Positions 38,461 through 51,335 of a DNA stretch of 64,000 nucleotides are shown here, in pieces; within the stretch, counting starts at the first letter, position 1, and every line of letters begins with the position of its first letter. Under the pieces are notes generated by a model, which was not told where the DNA came from, ran no database searches, and saw only the letters and a list, made by a program, of their open reading frames with translations. Source of the stretch: Trichoplax adhaerens (taxonomy: Eukaryota > Animalia > Placozoa); assembly GCF_000150275.1 (NCBI RefSeq), contig NW_002060946.1:7981555-8045554 (forward strand), in the 5' to 3' direction. Position numbers and translations under genes: made by a program.

Positions 38461-41265
38461 AAATATCGACAAATTATGTCTTCTATTCTTTGATTCTATC
38501 CTGATTATAGAATAGACGTCATAAATTCTTATAGTGTGTTTATCGTCTGACCGATATCAGCTCTTTTAATTTATGCCATTAAAGGGCGATGTCTTGATTG
38601 TCATATGCCCTAAATGATATTGATACTTTCTATCTGGTTCATTTGTTTTACACAATTGAGCCTACTCAACGCGTGGAGAAGTCTCCATGTTTCAAATTAT
38701 ACATTATGTTATAGAAACACATCACTTTATTATTTTGCATCTATTACATATGATTCTCATATACTACTATCACAATTATATAAACAATTTTCTTTACGCA
38801 CCAACGTTCTACTACCTTTTACCATAAGAAGATAATGTACAATTTATTGACACGTTCACCAAATAATTTTGCAATCTATATATTTCTTTCCATTGATTGA
38901 GCTACTGAAATACTACAGCTTTGCTTTTCTGAAGTACATATATATTAGCAAATACCTACTGCTATGTTTTGATTGGTTTTATAGATCATTTTCTGAATAT
39001 TTTATTCGATTGTAAAGCATATTATTCTTTCTAAATAGCATTAATGCAAATCTATGCCAGGGAATAGATATAGTAAATCTTTTAGATATCCCTATACTTA
39101 GAATACGCATTTAAATATTTAAACAGTGTTAAGGTCACGTTATGTTATGACTTTTTCAATAATATCATGGCCTAATACTAGAACAGCTCTTTGCCCTAGC
39201 TCTGTGTATACAACCATCGTACATGTACATAGCGATACGTTAGCGCAAATTCCTAGTACCGCTCTAATCTGAAATGTTATCTTCACTATATAATACACAT
39301 TTTCTACAGTCCTCAAGTTGCAGCTCAATTTTGGATGTGCTGTGAAATGCATCATCAATTTTTTTGGAGCACTTAATAAAATGATTGATGGTAAAATAAA
39401 ATTTAGTGTATAAATCGTGTAAAAGTAATGCATAATGATTTATATGTGAATGAAATGAAGCTTAATTAATGAGATTAACGTTACTTGAGTTAACAATCCT
39501 ATTTAATTACGCTGTTATTTTATTAATGTCATTTGAGCATAATAATTATTGATGCAGCAATATTAAAATGCTGCTAACCGAGGAATAATCGCAGCTCTAC
39601 ACGAATTGATTCTAAACGTTGAAATTCTGTATTCACGTAACGAGGCGTAGAACATCACCCTATTATCATGATTAGAGGAATGTACCTTTCAATGTAAATA
39701 TCAGGTGAAGATTAACTCTCTCAATGACAACCCATCAATAAATATGATAAAAGACCAGTTGATTATTATTTTGTTAAACATAGTTTACTACTACAGGGCG
39801 AATTGAAGATCTCCACAGCCTATCATTGTTAAAGTTGAATTAAATTTACTTCCTCTTGTTGCTATTAAAACTAGTGTACTGATTTCTAGCTTCTAAGTGT
39901 CCCAAATCAACTAGACGTTTATGATACGGTGAATATTAATTAGAGTAATATTATCATGCTAGAGTCTTTATTAGATATGTCTTTGCGCATCGAACAGATT
40001 GATACGTGGATACATTTGAGCCTGTCAATTTTTTTTTAGCAACTCGATTTCATATCATGTATCAAGTAATGTTTTAAATTAACTCTTCATCGAATAATCT
40101 CAGTAGGAAGGAACGGACACTCTCAATTTTCGAAGAGGCGTTGGCAGTTGTATACTCGACAATAAGTGCTAATAAATCTAATACACAACATGCATATGTA
40201 AGTTGAGACAACGTGCTAAGTTATAGCAACCTCTTGTCGTAATTTTCACAATTTTAAGCCTAACACGGAGTTTATGACATAAAGATCCTTTCCTTCTAAA
40301 TATATTCATACTCCACGGTAACATTCTCCAGAAAACATTATTCGGTGTTATTATTTTCAGTTTCGTTCCACATCCAGCACAACTGTATGGACTTTATGAT
40401 GAAGAAAACATTCGAATTATTGCTATGTCTATATTCCTTTATACCAAGAAAATAACTTTGACAATCCAGAGTCAACAATTTTCTTCGAAATCAATAGATT
40501 GTTATTTTAACTCATGCTATTGATTGATAATATTTGTAGCTTGGATAATTTCAAATTTTCAATACTAATCTTGACATTTGAGTACTTGTAATTAATCGGC
40601 CGACGAATAACTAATTCAACATGAAGTTATTATTGATCTAATCGATCAAGATAAGCAAACAACAACCAGAGAATAAACAAAACATTCCATCATCAACTAA
40701 TGACGAACGGTAGTTAAAAATCCGCCATAGAATCCCACATTAATTTAGATTGCTCTATTATAACTCATCTTGAGAATAATAAAAAATTCTAAAGTTAAAA
40801 ATGAATAATCTAATTTACTTCCTTACTCGCTAATCGTGGTGATAAAAGTAGAAAGGGTCTTCATGTGGATACTGACTCTTTGAATATAAAAAATATCTGA
40901 AAATCTCTTCATTCCATTTGGGTTGTATTTATTCAGAGGTTAGAGCCATATCCTTACTGAAGGTTAATAACAATCATCAGTTGAAAATATTTACCCTATC
41001 AAAGCAACAATTTCAACGTAGTTTATAGAGATGGCAGGAAAACAAGTTGATTATTCTTATATTTGGCAGAAACAGTGATGACTATAATTAGAGCGTAACA
41101 AAACTGGATGACGAAAGTTTCTGTAATATGAGCACAGTCGGTAGTAAATCTATTCGATGAACGGCTAGAAATTGTCAACAGATAAGCTATCTTGCCCTAT
41201 CTGGATACCAACTTTAGATACAATTCTACCATCAACTTACTCACAAACAATAACAGTTGCTACAC

Positions 41266-41271
41266 TATAAA
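41266..41271 (+). promoter_or_regulatory. Candidate TATA box of the insulin-like peptide gene
   Basis: TATAAA ~120 bp upstream of the 5'UTR intron donor AAG|GTAACG (41392). Confidence 0.45.
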
Positions 41272-41468
41272 TTGGGTTCCTTTTCCATGAAAATTTATTC
41301 CATTGCTACGATTACACGAAAACGTGAAGTTCCAAGCTATACTACGAAGGAAATTTAATTGCTTTACGACATATCTATTCTAGAAGGAAAGGTAACGGAT
41401 AGAAGTCCTCTGAATTTAAAGATTATGATAAAGACTCACTTTCTTATTTTATCCGTACGTTGATTTAG

Positions 41469-42345
41469 ATGAAAGCGTTTACTCTTTTTGCCGTATCTTT
41501 GACCGTATTTCTTCTGGTAAATATTACTACCACATCAGCATGCATTGGTGGAATTCCCAAGGAGCAATTATGTGTTCCAGCAGCTTTCGATTGGCTTATC
41601 GATAATTGTCCAACTAGAAGTGTTCGATGTAAGTTTTTCATCCTACATCTTATCCTTTGAAAGATAGAAGTAATTTAAAAGCTTTAAATCGCTGACTACT
41701 GAAGACCGTTAGACAATTAGATAAATCTTCAGGAAATAGCAATATGTGCACTGTAATGTAAACAGATCTTTTAAAGCTTCGTATTCATTATTACGAATCA
41801 TAATTAAATCGAGCTATTTGAAGTATAAATACTTGTAATTTATAATTTTTCATCATATTATTAATTACTCTAAGTTTTAAATATCAGTTGTTCAGAAATA
41901 GACATGCATAAGAGTAAGGATTTGAAACCTAATACTACTAGCCGCAATATTTGTAAAGTAGTTTGCCAGAATAGGACTGTTTCATTTAATAAAATAACTT
42001 CAAATTCTCTTCTTGATTACTAAAATTATACAATTCTAACCCAAAACTTAGTCGTAAGTCGAAGTTGCAATATTTGTGAAGTAGTTAGATAGAATAGAAG
42101 TTTCTTTTCAAATTCTCCTTTTGACTACTGAAATGATACAATTCTGACTAAGCGCTAGTTGATAAAGTCGAAATGACGCCAAAGAATAATGATCAAACAA
42201 TTCAAGAAGTTTTTCATCTTTTCAATTAGGGGATCGTTTCCATCATTATCATGCTGCTCGACATTCGGTATATCTGCGCAATTTGCATAATGAATGCTGC
42301 ACTCCCGAAGGATGTTGTCCTGAATACGCAATGCAATATTGTTGA
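41469..42345 (+). CDS. Insulin/relaxin-superfamily prepropeptide, 91 aa; coding exons 41469-41628 and 42230-42345
   Basis: Signal peptide MKAFTLFAVSLTVFLLVNITTTSA, B-chain-like CIGGIPKEQLCVPAAFDWLIDNC (LC-x11-C), linker PTRSVR-W-DRFHHYHAARHSVYLR, A-chain-like NLHNECCTPEGCCPEYAMQYC* (CC-x4-C-x8-C). The phase-1 GT-AG intron joins the exons in frame. Confidence 0.9.
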
Positions 42346-44096
42346 AGGATTTCTATAATCGCCATCGTATAGATTTAATAATTTAATAAGTAATTATGAC
42401 AACAATTAAGATGATTTAAATTAGATGCTAACCAACACCAATAGAAGAATGGTTTAGCAACTGGATCATTTTTGGTTTGCTTACAAAATGGATCGATCAT
42501 AAATTAACTCTGTAGTACAGTAAATATAGACGAATTAGAATTGGCTATCTATCATATTTCAATTATTAGACATTTTGGTGAGGATAAATAAATGCAGTTT
42601 AACAGCTGACCTGAAATTATTATTGCTTTGATATTTGGTGCTTGTCTAACCGATGTGCAGCAGAAGAGTTTTAGATTGCCGTTCAATTTTTGTCATTAAT
42701 ATACAAAGTAACAGTATGTGAATTATAAGTGTACTCGTAGTATTATACTTACTGATCTGAATACGATTTTGTGGCGAAGTGCCTATACCGATCAATTTTT
42801 AGAGGTGATAGTTTTCAAAGCATGAAAATGAAACACAGAACGCTAATATCGTCTTAGTAGAAAAGCAGTATTTAGTTTAAGCGCTATTTTATACTACCTA
42901 TTCCATTTCCATTTCTGTTTCCATATTTGAGTATATCTAATAGGCTGATATTTATAACTTTTAATCAATGGAAATCAAACCCATGCATTGGCATTTCCAT
43001 AATTAAAATAGTCTTCTTCAATGTGATTGATAGCTTATGTGGTAGAAAGATACAATAGAAGTCTTATCAGTTAAGTTAAAGAACGCATGGTGAAAAGTCT
43101 CCATTGAAGATATTAACAGATTGAGTATCAAACAGTATTAATCTAAAGGCGATTTCTTTTCATAGTTCTTTCTGTCACCAGTCTCTGCAACCGCAATTCA
43201 GGCATTTCCTATAAAAATTAAAAATTAATATCAAGAATTTCTCGTCGAGAAACGATAATATTAAAAAAATTGCAGATTCTACACTCCACTCTGGGTGTAC
43301 GCTGCAAATCTAGCAAACAGTATAATCGGATATGGTAGTTTGGCCTATCTACAATACAAGTATATGAACTATAATTATCTCATTGATTAGATTATATTAT
43401 ATAAACATGTCAGCATGATGCAGTAATTCATTTAATATAATTAATTAATGATGATATGGTATATGACTTTGAAGTCGCAATATCAACTAGCTTTTAGGGT
43501 ATTTTAGATGTACAAGTACTAACACTGTATTTCTTCGATTAGAAATGGTTAATGTCCATTTCTTGGATAATACTGTACTAAAGTACTATTCTTCTAGCTG
43601 AATGCAAAGTTCTAGATCTGACAATGCTATCAGATACAGTCCTTTCGCCTTTATCTGAAGTGCGATTTATGTTTTTATTGTTCGATAGATTGGATTACGT
43701 ATAAAATCGATTATATCAAAGATAATATATTACATGATTGCCAAGAGCTCAAATTACAATGCCGATGAACGTAAGAGTATTTTATTGGCAGAACTGTTAG
43801 TATTGCAGCTTGTCGATTGCAAATTATTACATCTCAACTTATTAGAAAGCCTTGAGGTTGCATCTTGCAAGCTCGATGCAGATTCTGTACCATTATAGAG
43901 TTAAACTAGAGTAACAACATTGACTATTTTAGAATACTTTGTCAGCAGAATCGCTATTACTCGCATTGCCATTTCTCTATTAGAAAAGNGCTGATGCCAA
44001 TTTATTCGAAAAAAATGAGTAGATCTACAAGCCAAAAGTAGGCTCCATATCAAGCACTGCTAGCTGATACCATACTTTAGCCTTATCTAATGCTTA

Positions 44097-44146
44097 NNNN
44101 NNNNNNNNNNNNNNNNNNNNNNNNNNNNNNNNNNNNNNNNNNNNNN
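44097..44146. other. Assembly gap (N run)
   Basis: 50 Ns, with single Ns in the flanks at 43989 and 44165. Confidence 0.99.
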
Positions 44147-44156
44147 TCATTATAAT

Positions 44157-47100
44157 ATGATGGCNCACTTTTTCATCCAGTCAATCACATAAAGATGATG
44201 AGGTAAGTGAATAAAGAATAAGATATTCTATTCTCGAATTAGTGATCAAGTCCTTTGAACTCATTCCATTAATAAGTAGCTAAGATGCTATGTATACCTT
44301 TACACTAAATAGCAAAACAGTTTATGTGGTGCCTATCTTAAACCGTACGTGATCGTATCTAAATGTCGTCCAACCAAACACCGGTACAGCTAACTTCTTG
44401 GCCAAAATGTAGCCAGACCATTAGAGATTGTGACTGTTGCAAATTATCTACCTTTTTCTATTAAAATGTAGTACGGCCAGTATATCATAATAAAGTGAAT
44501 TTTTAGCTTACCACATATAATATAGTACCGGTTAGCCATAAAATCGTTAGGTTTGCAAGTATGACTATCGGAAGTACGGCCATTACATCATAATAAACTG
44601 AATGTTTAACGTACTACGCATAATATGATACCGCTTCGCCTTAAAATAACCAAATTTACAAGCATTACTATTTAAAGTACGGCCATTACATCAAGGTAAA
44701 ATGAATTTTTAACTTATCCTGCATACAGTAGTATGGTGTCGCTTTGCCTATAAAATCACCAACTTTGCAATTATTATTATTTAAAGAGCGGCCATGACAT
44801 CATAATAAAAGTGAATTTTTACCTTATTTCGTATAGTATGGCGTCTCTTAAATCATAAAATCGCCAGGTTTACAAGTACTATTATCGGAAGTAAGGCTAT
44901 TACATCATAATAAAGTGAATTTTTAACGTGCCACTCATAATATGGTGCCGCGTAGCCATAAAATCATCAAGTTTGCAAGTATTATTGAAAGTGCGGCCAT
45001 TACATCATAATAAAGTGAATTTTTAACTTATTTCGTATAGTATGGGTCTCTTAAGCCATAAAATCGCCAGGTTTACAAGTACTATTATCGAAAGTAAGGC
45101 TACTACATCATAATAAAGTGAATTTTTAACGTACCACGCATAATATGGTGCCGCTTAGCCATAAAATCATCAAGTTTGCAAGCATCATTATTGAAAGTGT
45201 GGCCGGCCATTACATCATAGTAAAGTGAATTTTAACTTATAACGTATAATTTGGTACCGTTTAGCCATGAAATCACTAAATTCATGAGTATTAATATTGT
45301 CAAACTACAACTGTCGAATTGATAATATCTTGTAATTATGAGTAACGGCAAACCTTATTTAATTATGTGATAACGATCGATAATTGATTATCAAAGTCCA
45401 TAAAAAAAGTCAATAGATAATTAAGTCCTGTTGATTACAGTGCTTAAAGATAAAAATAATTTAAAAACAACTACCGCACGGATTCATTCTTCTTTCGGGT
45501 ATTATGGAGTTCAATACTATAATCATATACTGTAGTAAGTATTTAATTAAAGATGTTAATGTGCCTGATCGTAAATCTATGCTGTGAAATAATCTTGCCT
45601 ACTATTCCGTATTATGGACAAGCTATTTAAGCCATGTCATTCTACAATAAATTCTTGTCTTTTATCAGTTTACTTGCGATGAGTAAACCAATTCAGAAAG
45701 AACTTAAAATTCATATCCATGACAGTAACAATAGAGCAAGGAATTGACTAGCAAACTCTTGTAATTACAACTATAATTATTTATATTTGTTATAGGAACA
45801 CGAAGATCAAATTCAAATAACAAGTCGTCAATCATCGAGTACTTCTCGAAATGCTTTTATTACTAATGAATATGACGACATTATGAATGGAAATAGCCTC
45901 GATAACGATGAGACGGTTAGCAATAGATGGTGTCTCCATTTACCTTGTTATGATTTTAATATATAAAATTTAAAATCGAAACACTTTATTGATTGCAATA
46001 GCTTACTCTTGTCCGGTAGTAATTAATGTTGTGCAGTGTATATTAGTAATAATTCTACAAGATAATCATTATGCTCATATTTAACCCCACCTATACGGTA
46101 CTAAGACTTTATTGATTATTAGGTAATAGTCTCGCATAATAGTGCATCAGGATATATTGGTGGATATCCTACATCCATTGCTTTAGATCGTTGCAAGCGG
46201 CATGTACTAGCGCCTTATCTGAGGTTTATTTCTTTTGTAAGTTAGACACTATTTTAAACAATAATAATCCAACCTCAGCCAAAAAGAAGAAATATCGCAG
46301 CATGACTGAAATTGCATTCTTCAATATTGTACTCAATAACCAGTTTAATTTGGGAGACTGTTAACTTTCTCAATCATTATTGAAATGTACTTTATTGCAG
46401 TTGGGCTGGTTGCCAATATTTCGAGTTGGCCCATCTAATCAATCTTTTTGCGAAAGCGCTATCAATTTCGTCTATCCTGTGCTGGTCATCTGTTTTATAT
46501 TTGGGGCTTACACGATTCAGTGTTTTACCTGCTTTCGCCGAGACACGGTATATCCAAATTACAAGCTGCTGCCACAGTAAAATGTCCTAGTTACAGCTAT
46601 AAAAGCAATTTTAGTACTCATTCCTAAAATAATCGATACAGTGAGGTTCTATCTGCTATAAATTATGCAACCAGTAATCATTATAAATCCTAGACAGTAA
46701 CATCTAATTCAGTTTTATTGGTGATGATCAATCATTTAGTTCTAGCAAAATAGTCTGATCATCGTTGTAAATATGAGTAATTTCTTCCATTACTTGAACA
46801 CGCCTTCTAGGATTAATTTAATAGTGTTAGTAATTCCCTTTTTAGTTTATTCAATTTAACATATTCTATCTCCTCCTTTATTGCAGCCCTTCATTAAAAC
46901 TATCAATGGAAGCGTCCACTGTTCTGATAGTATCATTTCGCAATATATTATCCCAGATATATTGCACTCTGTTGCCTACTTTTATTGCTTTTACTTATAT
47001 CGATTTGCTGGATCTGAACATTTACAGACAAATATGCAAAGGGTAAGCCATTTTACAATGAAATAAGGTGTAACTGCTACAGCATCATGCATGTCTAATA

Positions 47101-50100
47101 TCGCCAGAGTAGAAATGATTAAAGCGTGAAATATTACTTACCTGTAGACGTTCCTGCAAGCAAGGCCCACGGATTTCGGAGAAAATTCGCAAAAAAAATT
47201 AATCAGAATATTAAGGTTTAATATACATATTGCTCCAAGTTTCGTATAGCTTCTTTCATCTTAATTTTGTGTATTGTTATATCTAAAAAAGTAATTCTTT
47301 TGGAGCTAATATATTGACTACTACTATACGATAGTATGTATTAGGATTCGTAAAACGAAGAGGAGAAATAATTTTTTATAAATTTAGGACCATCTTTTCC
47401 TGTGAAATTACTATTTGTAGCCGCATCCTTCTTATACGATTTCATTGCTTATTTTTGGCATAAATTTAGAGTTTTCCTTTACTCCGGAATTGCCATCGTA
47501 GGTGCATCTTTCTTAATCCAACTTTTCCACTTAATTATCAGAATTAATCGTGATCAAGGATTAGCTCTGTTATGGCATCCAATGATCAAGTAAGCTTTAA
47601 CTGTGTTATACTAGAATAGTTAACTTTTAAACTAAAATTTCGTTAACTTTAGTTTGAAGAATCTTGATTCTATATCTCGTATGCGGTATGGATATTCATA
47701 GTTTTCAAGATCTATTGTAAATTTGAAAATCATAACTATTTGTGCTATTTTTAATAATTTAAATTTTTTGTAAGTACGAGAAAATTAAATGAATTTTACA
47801 CTGTAATAAACAAGTACTCCTTTCTCCTCTTCTATGCGAATCCTTGACTTTCTCTCCAAATTAAACTATGTGCGAAAATTCATTCAAGAATACACGATTC
47901 TCGACTTATTGTCTTGGGATTCTTTCTGTTAGCTGGTTTTATAATGCTTGATAGCGTTTATATAGCGCTAGTTATTAATTATGCAAGCCATTGCCAACTC
48001 TTAATAGTTTATATAAGAGGATTAAAGCAAAAGATCATAGAACGGACGTGTAATTTAGAAAACGCTATGAAGGTTAGTCATTACTGTATGGTATTACCAT
48101 ATTATTCCCTTTCGCTCTTTGATGATCGTAAATCATACGTAGATATAAAATTTAGAATTTCAATTAAACACGTATCAGAATAATTCTTTCCATACCTTTT
48201 TTACTAAAGTAAAAGAAATTGATTCCGGTCAAGCTAATTTAGAAATTACAGTAGCACACGAATATACAGTATATGCTGTTGTAAATAATAGTAAAAATTA
48301 TTTTTTAATTATAATTACTTACTAGTAGATAGTGTTGCTTATTATAATCATGCATGCAGTAACCATATACAGTACTAGTAATTAACCTCGACCAAGTTGG
48401 CTATGGAACATCTGTATCAATATTTAAGCATAAATGTATTCATTTAGACCTAAGAAATAAGCTGGAATTAGTTATAATTACTATTTCTTATGTAAAAGAA
48501 TCTACGAGCATATCATTTACAATTTCAAACATGTCATGGAATAAGGTATCACTTATTACTGAATCTAAACAAATATTGATAAGATTAGATTATTGGACAG
48601 AGTTAATGTTCACCTTCTGTAAGTCTGGTAGTGTATTATCAGAAAATATTTAGTTTTTAAGTTTCTATACCACGATATAGCATATAGACCAATTATCGTT
48701 ATAGGATAAAATTGTAATACTTGATTAGATACAGGGCTTAAGGATAGTAGTACGAGTGGAACGGAGATTTAGAGTTTCTGTTTATCAGAAATTCTCTGTA
48801 TAGCGCTAAACAATCACAAATAAAATAGAGCAACTAATTATGACTAACTATTAATGTTTATATCTAAATGCTTAATAGGAGATACAGAATACTGCTGGAT
48901 ATGTAGCAGAATTAAATGATGTTATTGCTCCCGCTGCATCGATTATTTTGTTTAATTTTGCAACATCGTCAATCTTAGGTAAATAGAGCTTTAATTAACT
49001 TGTTAACTTAATGTAGTGGTAGCTGACGAAAAGTCTTTTTACTTTATTAGATACGAGTATTTATTGCAAGCTACTAAAATAAGATCTTCTTCCAGAAGCA
49101 AATGCTAGCATTGCTTCCAACGTTGATCATTTGAAGATATAATTATTCAATTTCATATTTCGTTCTACTCTATAGGACTCAATGCTCTAATATTAGGTCG
49201 TCAGGATGATTTCGATGTCGCTACTTATGCCGATACAATTTTGTCAATTCTACTTTGGTTAACACTTCTTTCTATCCCTTTCGTTCAAGTATGATGCAGT
49301 AATAGATATATTAAAGCGTCAAAAATAATTTAACGAGAGCAATAATTTTTTGGTTACTTATCACATGAATTAGTCCATCTACCAGTGACTTTCTACACCT
49401 ATCTCTGCAATACCAATATGATCTAACCTATAGACATGCTCCATTTTGCGGCTGCACTACGCCTATGGAATCATTATACTTACCAAATTATTTTGCTACA
49501 GCATTGTTTTAGTATTAATGATAATAGGCCTAATTATCCTATCAACGTTCGCTAGTAAATGCCGGCTTTGTGTCTTCATAAATTTATTTAACGCCTATGA
49601 TTATTATTAGTTTATTTTATTCTTAGTTTAATATGATAGTTTTATTATGGAGGAAAGATAGAAGGCTGCATTTATTTTAAAACACTTATACTCTTCACGA
49701 CCTAAAAATAGTTTAGCGTAAAAGACAAGGCGATATCTTAATAAATTTATTTGATGCAATCATTGATTGAACTTAGTCTTAATTCGTTAGGCTAATTTTA
49801 TTATAGAGAAATGATAGAACGGAGAATTTATTTATATCATTTATTTCAATCATGGCTACCTAGGCATCGCGATTAACTTCCTATTGTAGATCGCTGAAAA
49901 AATTAGGAATTCGAGTTCGAGTGCGACCATTCGTTTACCAAAATGAACCTCGTGAAGATCTTGATTCCTTCCTTCAATTTACTTCAGAAATTAAAATGAG
50001 GGTAAGACTTTACATATTCAGCTAAGAAAGTTGCATCGTCATCTGGATGGGTTATAATTGCTTAAAACTAATCTTAAAGCGTTTTACTTTTTCTATTATT

Positions 50101-50229
50101 AAGGCTAAATTGTTTAAAGTTCCTGTTGTGTCATCAACCCTTTTTTTCATGCTTGTAACTATCGCTTTGGTGGCATTGATCTTATTTCAACTGGGAATAC
50201 TTTCTATCTGGTTTGCACCACAGAATTAA
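44157..50229 (+). CDS. Gustatory receptor-like (GRL, GrlHz-like) 7-transmembrane ion channel candidate, multi-exon
   Basis: Exons give ALDRCKRHVLAPYLRFISF|LGWLP..., CSDSIISQYIIPDILH, YIALVINYASHCQLLIVYIRGL, IPFVQ|ASRLT...RPFVYQNEPREDLDSFLQF...MR|AKLFKVPV...TIALVALILFQLG. The hydrophobic segments, the TM7 hhhhQ motif and the C-terminal phase-0 introns fit the GR/GRL superfamily. The first exon (44157-44202) is in frame only if the N at 44165 is spurious; the secure part starts at 45796. Confidence 0.7.
44465..45285. repeat. Intronic tandem repeat, ~103-bp unit x8
   Basis: GTACGGCCATTACATCATAATAAAGTGAATTTTTAAC-like unit at ~44471, 44575, 44677, 44786, 44891, 44991, 45093 and 45197. Confidence 0.92.
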
Positions 50230-51335
50230 TTTATGGACATACCCGACCAAGGATCTCATCAATAAACCAGCTACTTGCCGATTTTATCCTCCCTAATAGT
50301 TAATACTTTGAAAGTGCTCGGCAGGTTTAAGAATGTTAAAGTGTCTATTATTACAATGGCTGCGATGTCGATATGGATAAGTTATGACTTAAAGTGAAAT
50401 CGCTGCTGGTGATAACGATCTATTGATGGAATAAATTGGCACAAGTGCATAAGAGTTGATCGGATCCAATAGACGTATTTTAAAGTATATATCTTAATTT
50501 TTTTGTAGTATTCTCCGTATATGTCCACTGTATTACATTCGCAAATCTATAACGTCAGTTTTAAAAAATCAAAAAATGAGTATTTATGTAACATATGCGT
50601 CATATAGCAGCCAAAAACTGTACTGTATAATGGCCTAAAATATGAGAAGGTAAATATATCCGTACAAACAATTATTAGCAACTATCATTTGGTATCAAAT
50701 ATTTGCGAATTCCAGTACTTTCGCTACTATTAACAAGAAATAGGACGTACTGCAGTTCATAAACTGGATGCAAAGATCTATAACTACATATAACTGCAAG
50801 AAACAGTTCATGAATAAAAGTTGTCACTACAAAAAGATGAAATCAACTTCACGGATTTATTTGATTTTTATAAGTTTAACTTAGTAATAGAATGATAAGG
50901 TCAGGTTAGCCTTTAGAAGTACTTTGTCATAATTTCTTATTAAAGACACTGTCAAAAAAATTCTCTTAAAAAATATACAAACGAAATATGTTGCTAAAAC
51001 GAGAAACGACTGCAGATTGTACGTAGATATGTTTGCTAGAGCTAGTCAATGCAGCCATAAGCTATCATCGGTATGTTTTATGTTCATTAAAATAATTTTT
51101 TTACAATTGTTACACTAGATACATGTACAAGGAAGGTAAAGTACCCATAGACAAAATTTTCAAACCTTCAATAAATATATTTTTCCTAATAATCCACAAA
51201 GAGTGTTTATAATCAGTATTATGCATCGATAATAGTTTAATCAATAAGCTAGCTAATTTTTGGAATGTATCATTACGGTCTATGCGATTGAAACAGAAGA
51301 GGAAAATCTTTTAGTTACTAAAGATTCGATATCTG

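Noticed and set aside
38560-38585. CPE (TTTTAAT) beside ATTAAA in the cyclin B3 3'UTR
   Set aside because: Plausible, but such words are expected by chance in AT-rich DNA and the 3' end is unknown.
11954-42345. GPCR as the receptor for the insulin-like peptide
   Set aside because: They are ~28 kb apart with housekeeping genes between, and the GPCR lacks an LRR ectodomain; nothing in the sequence supports pairing.
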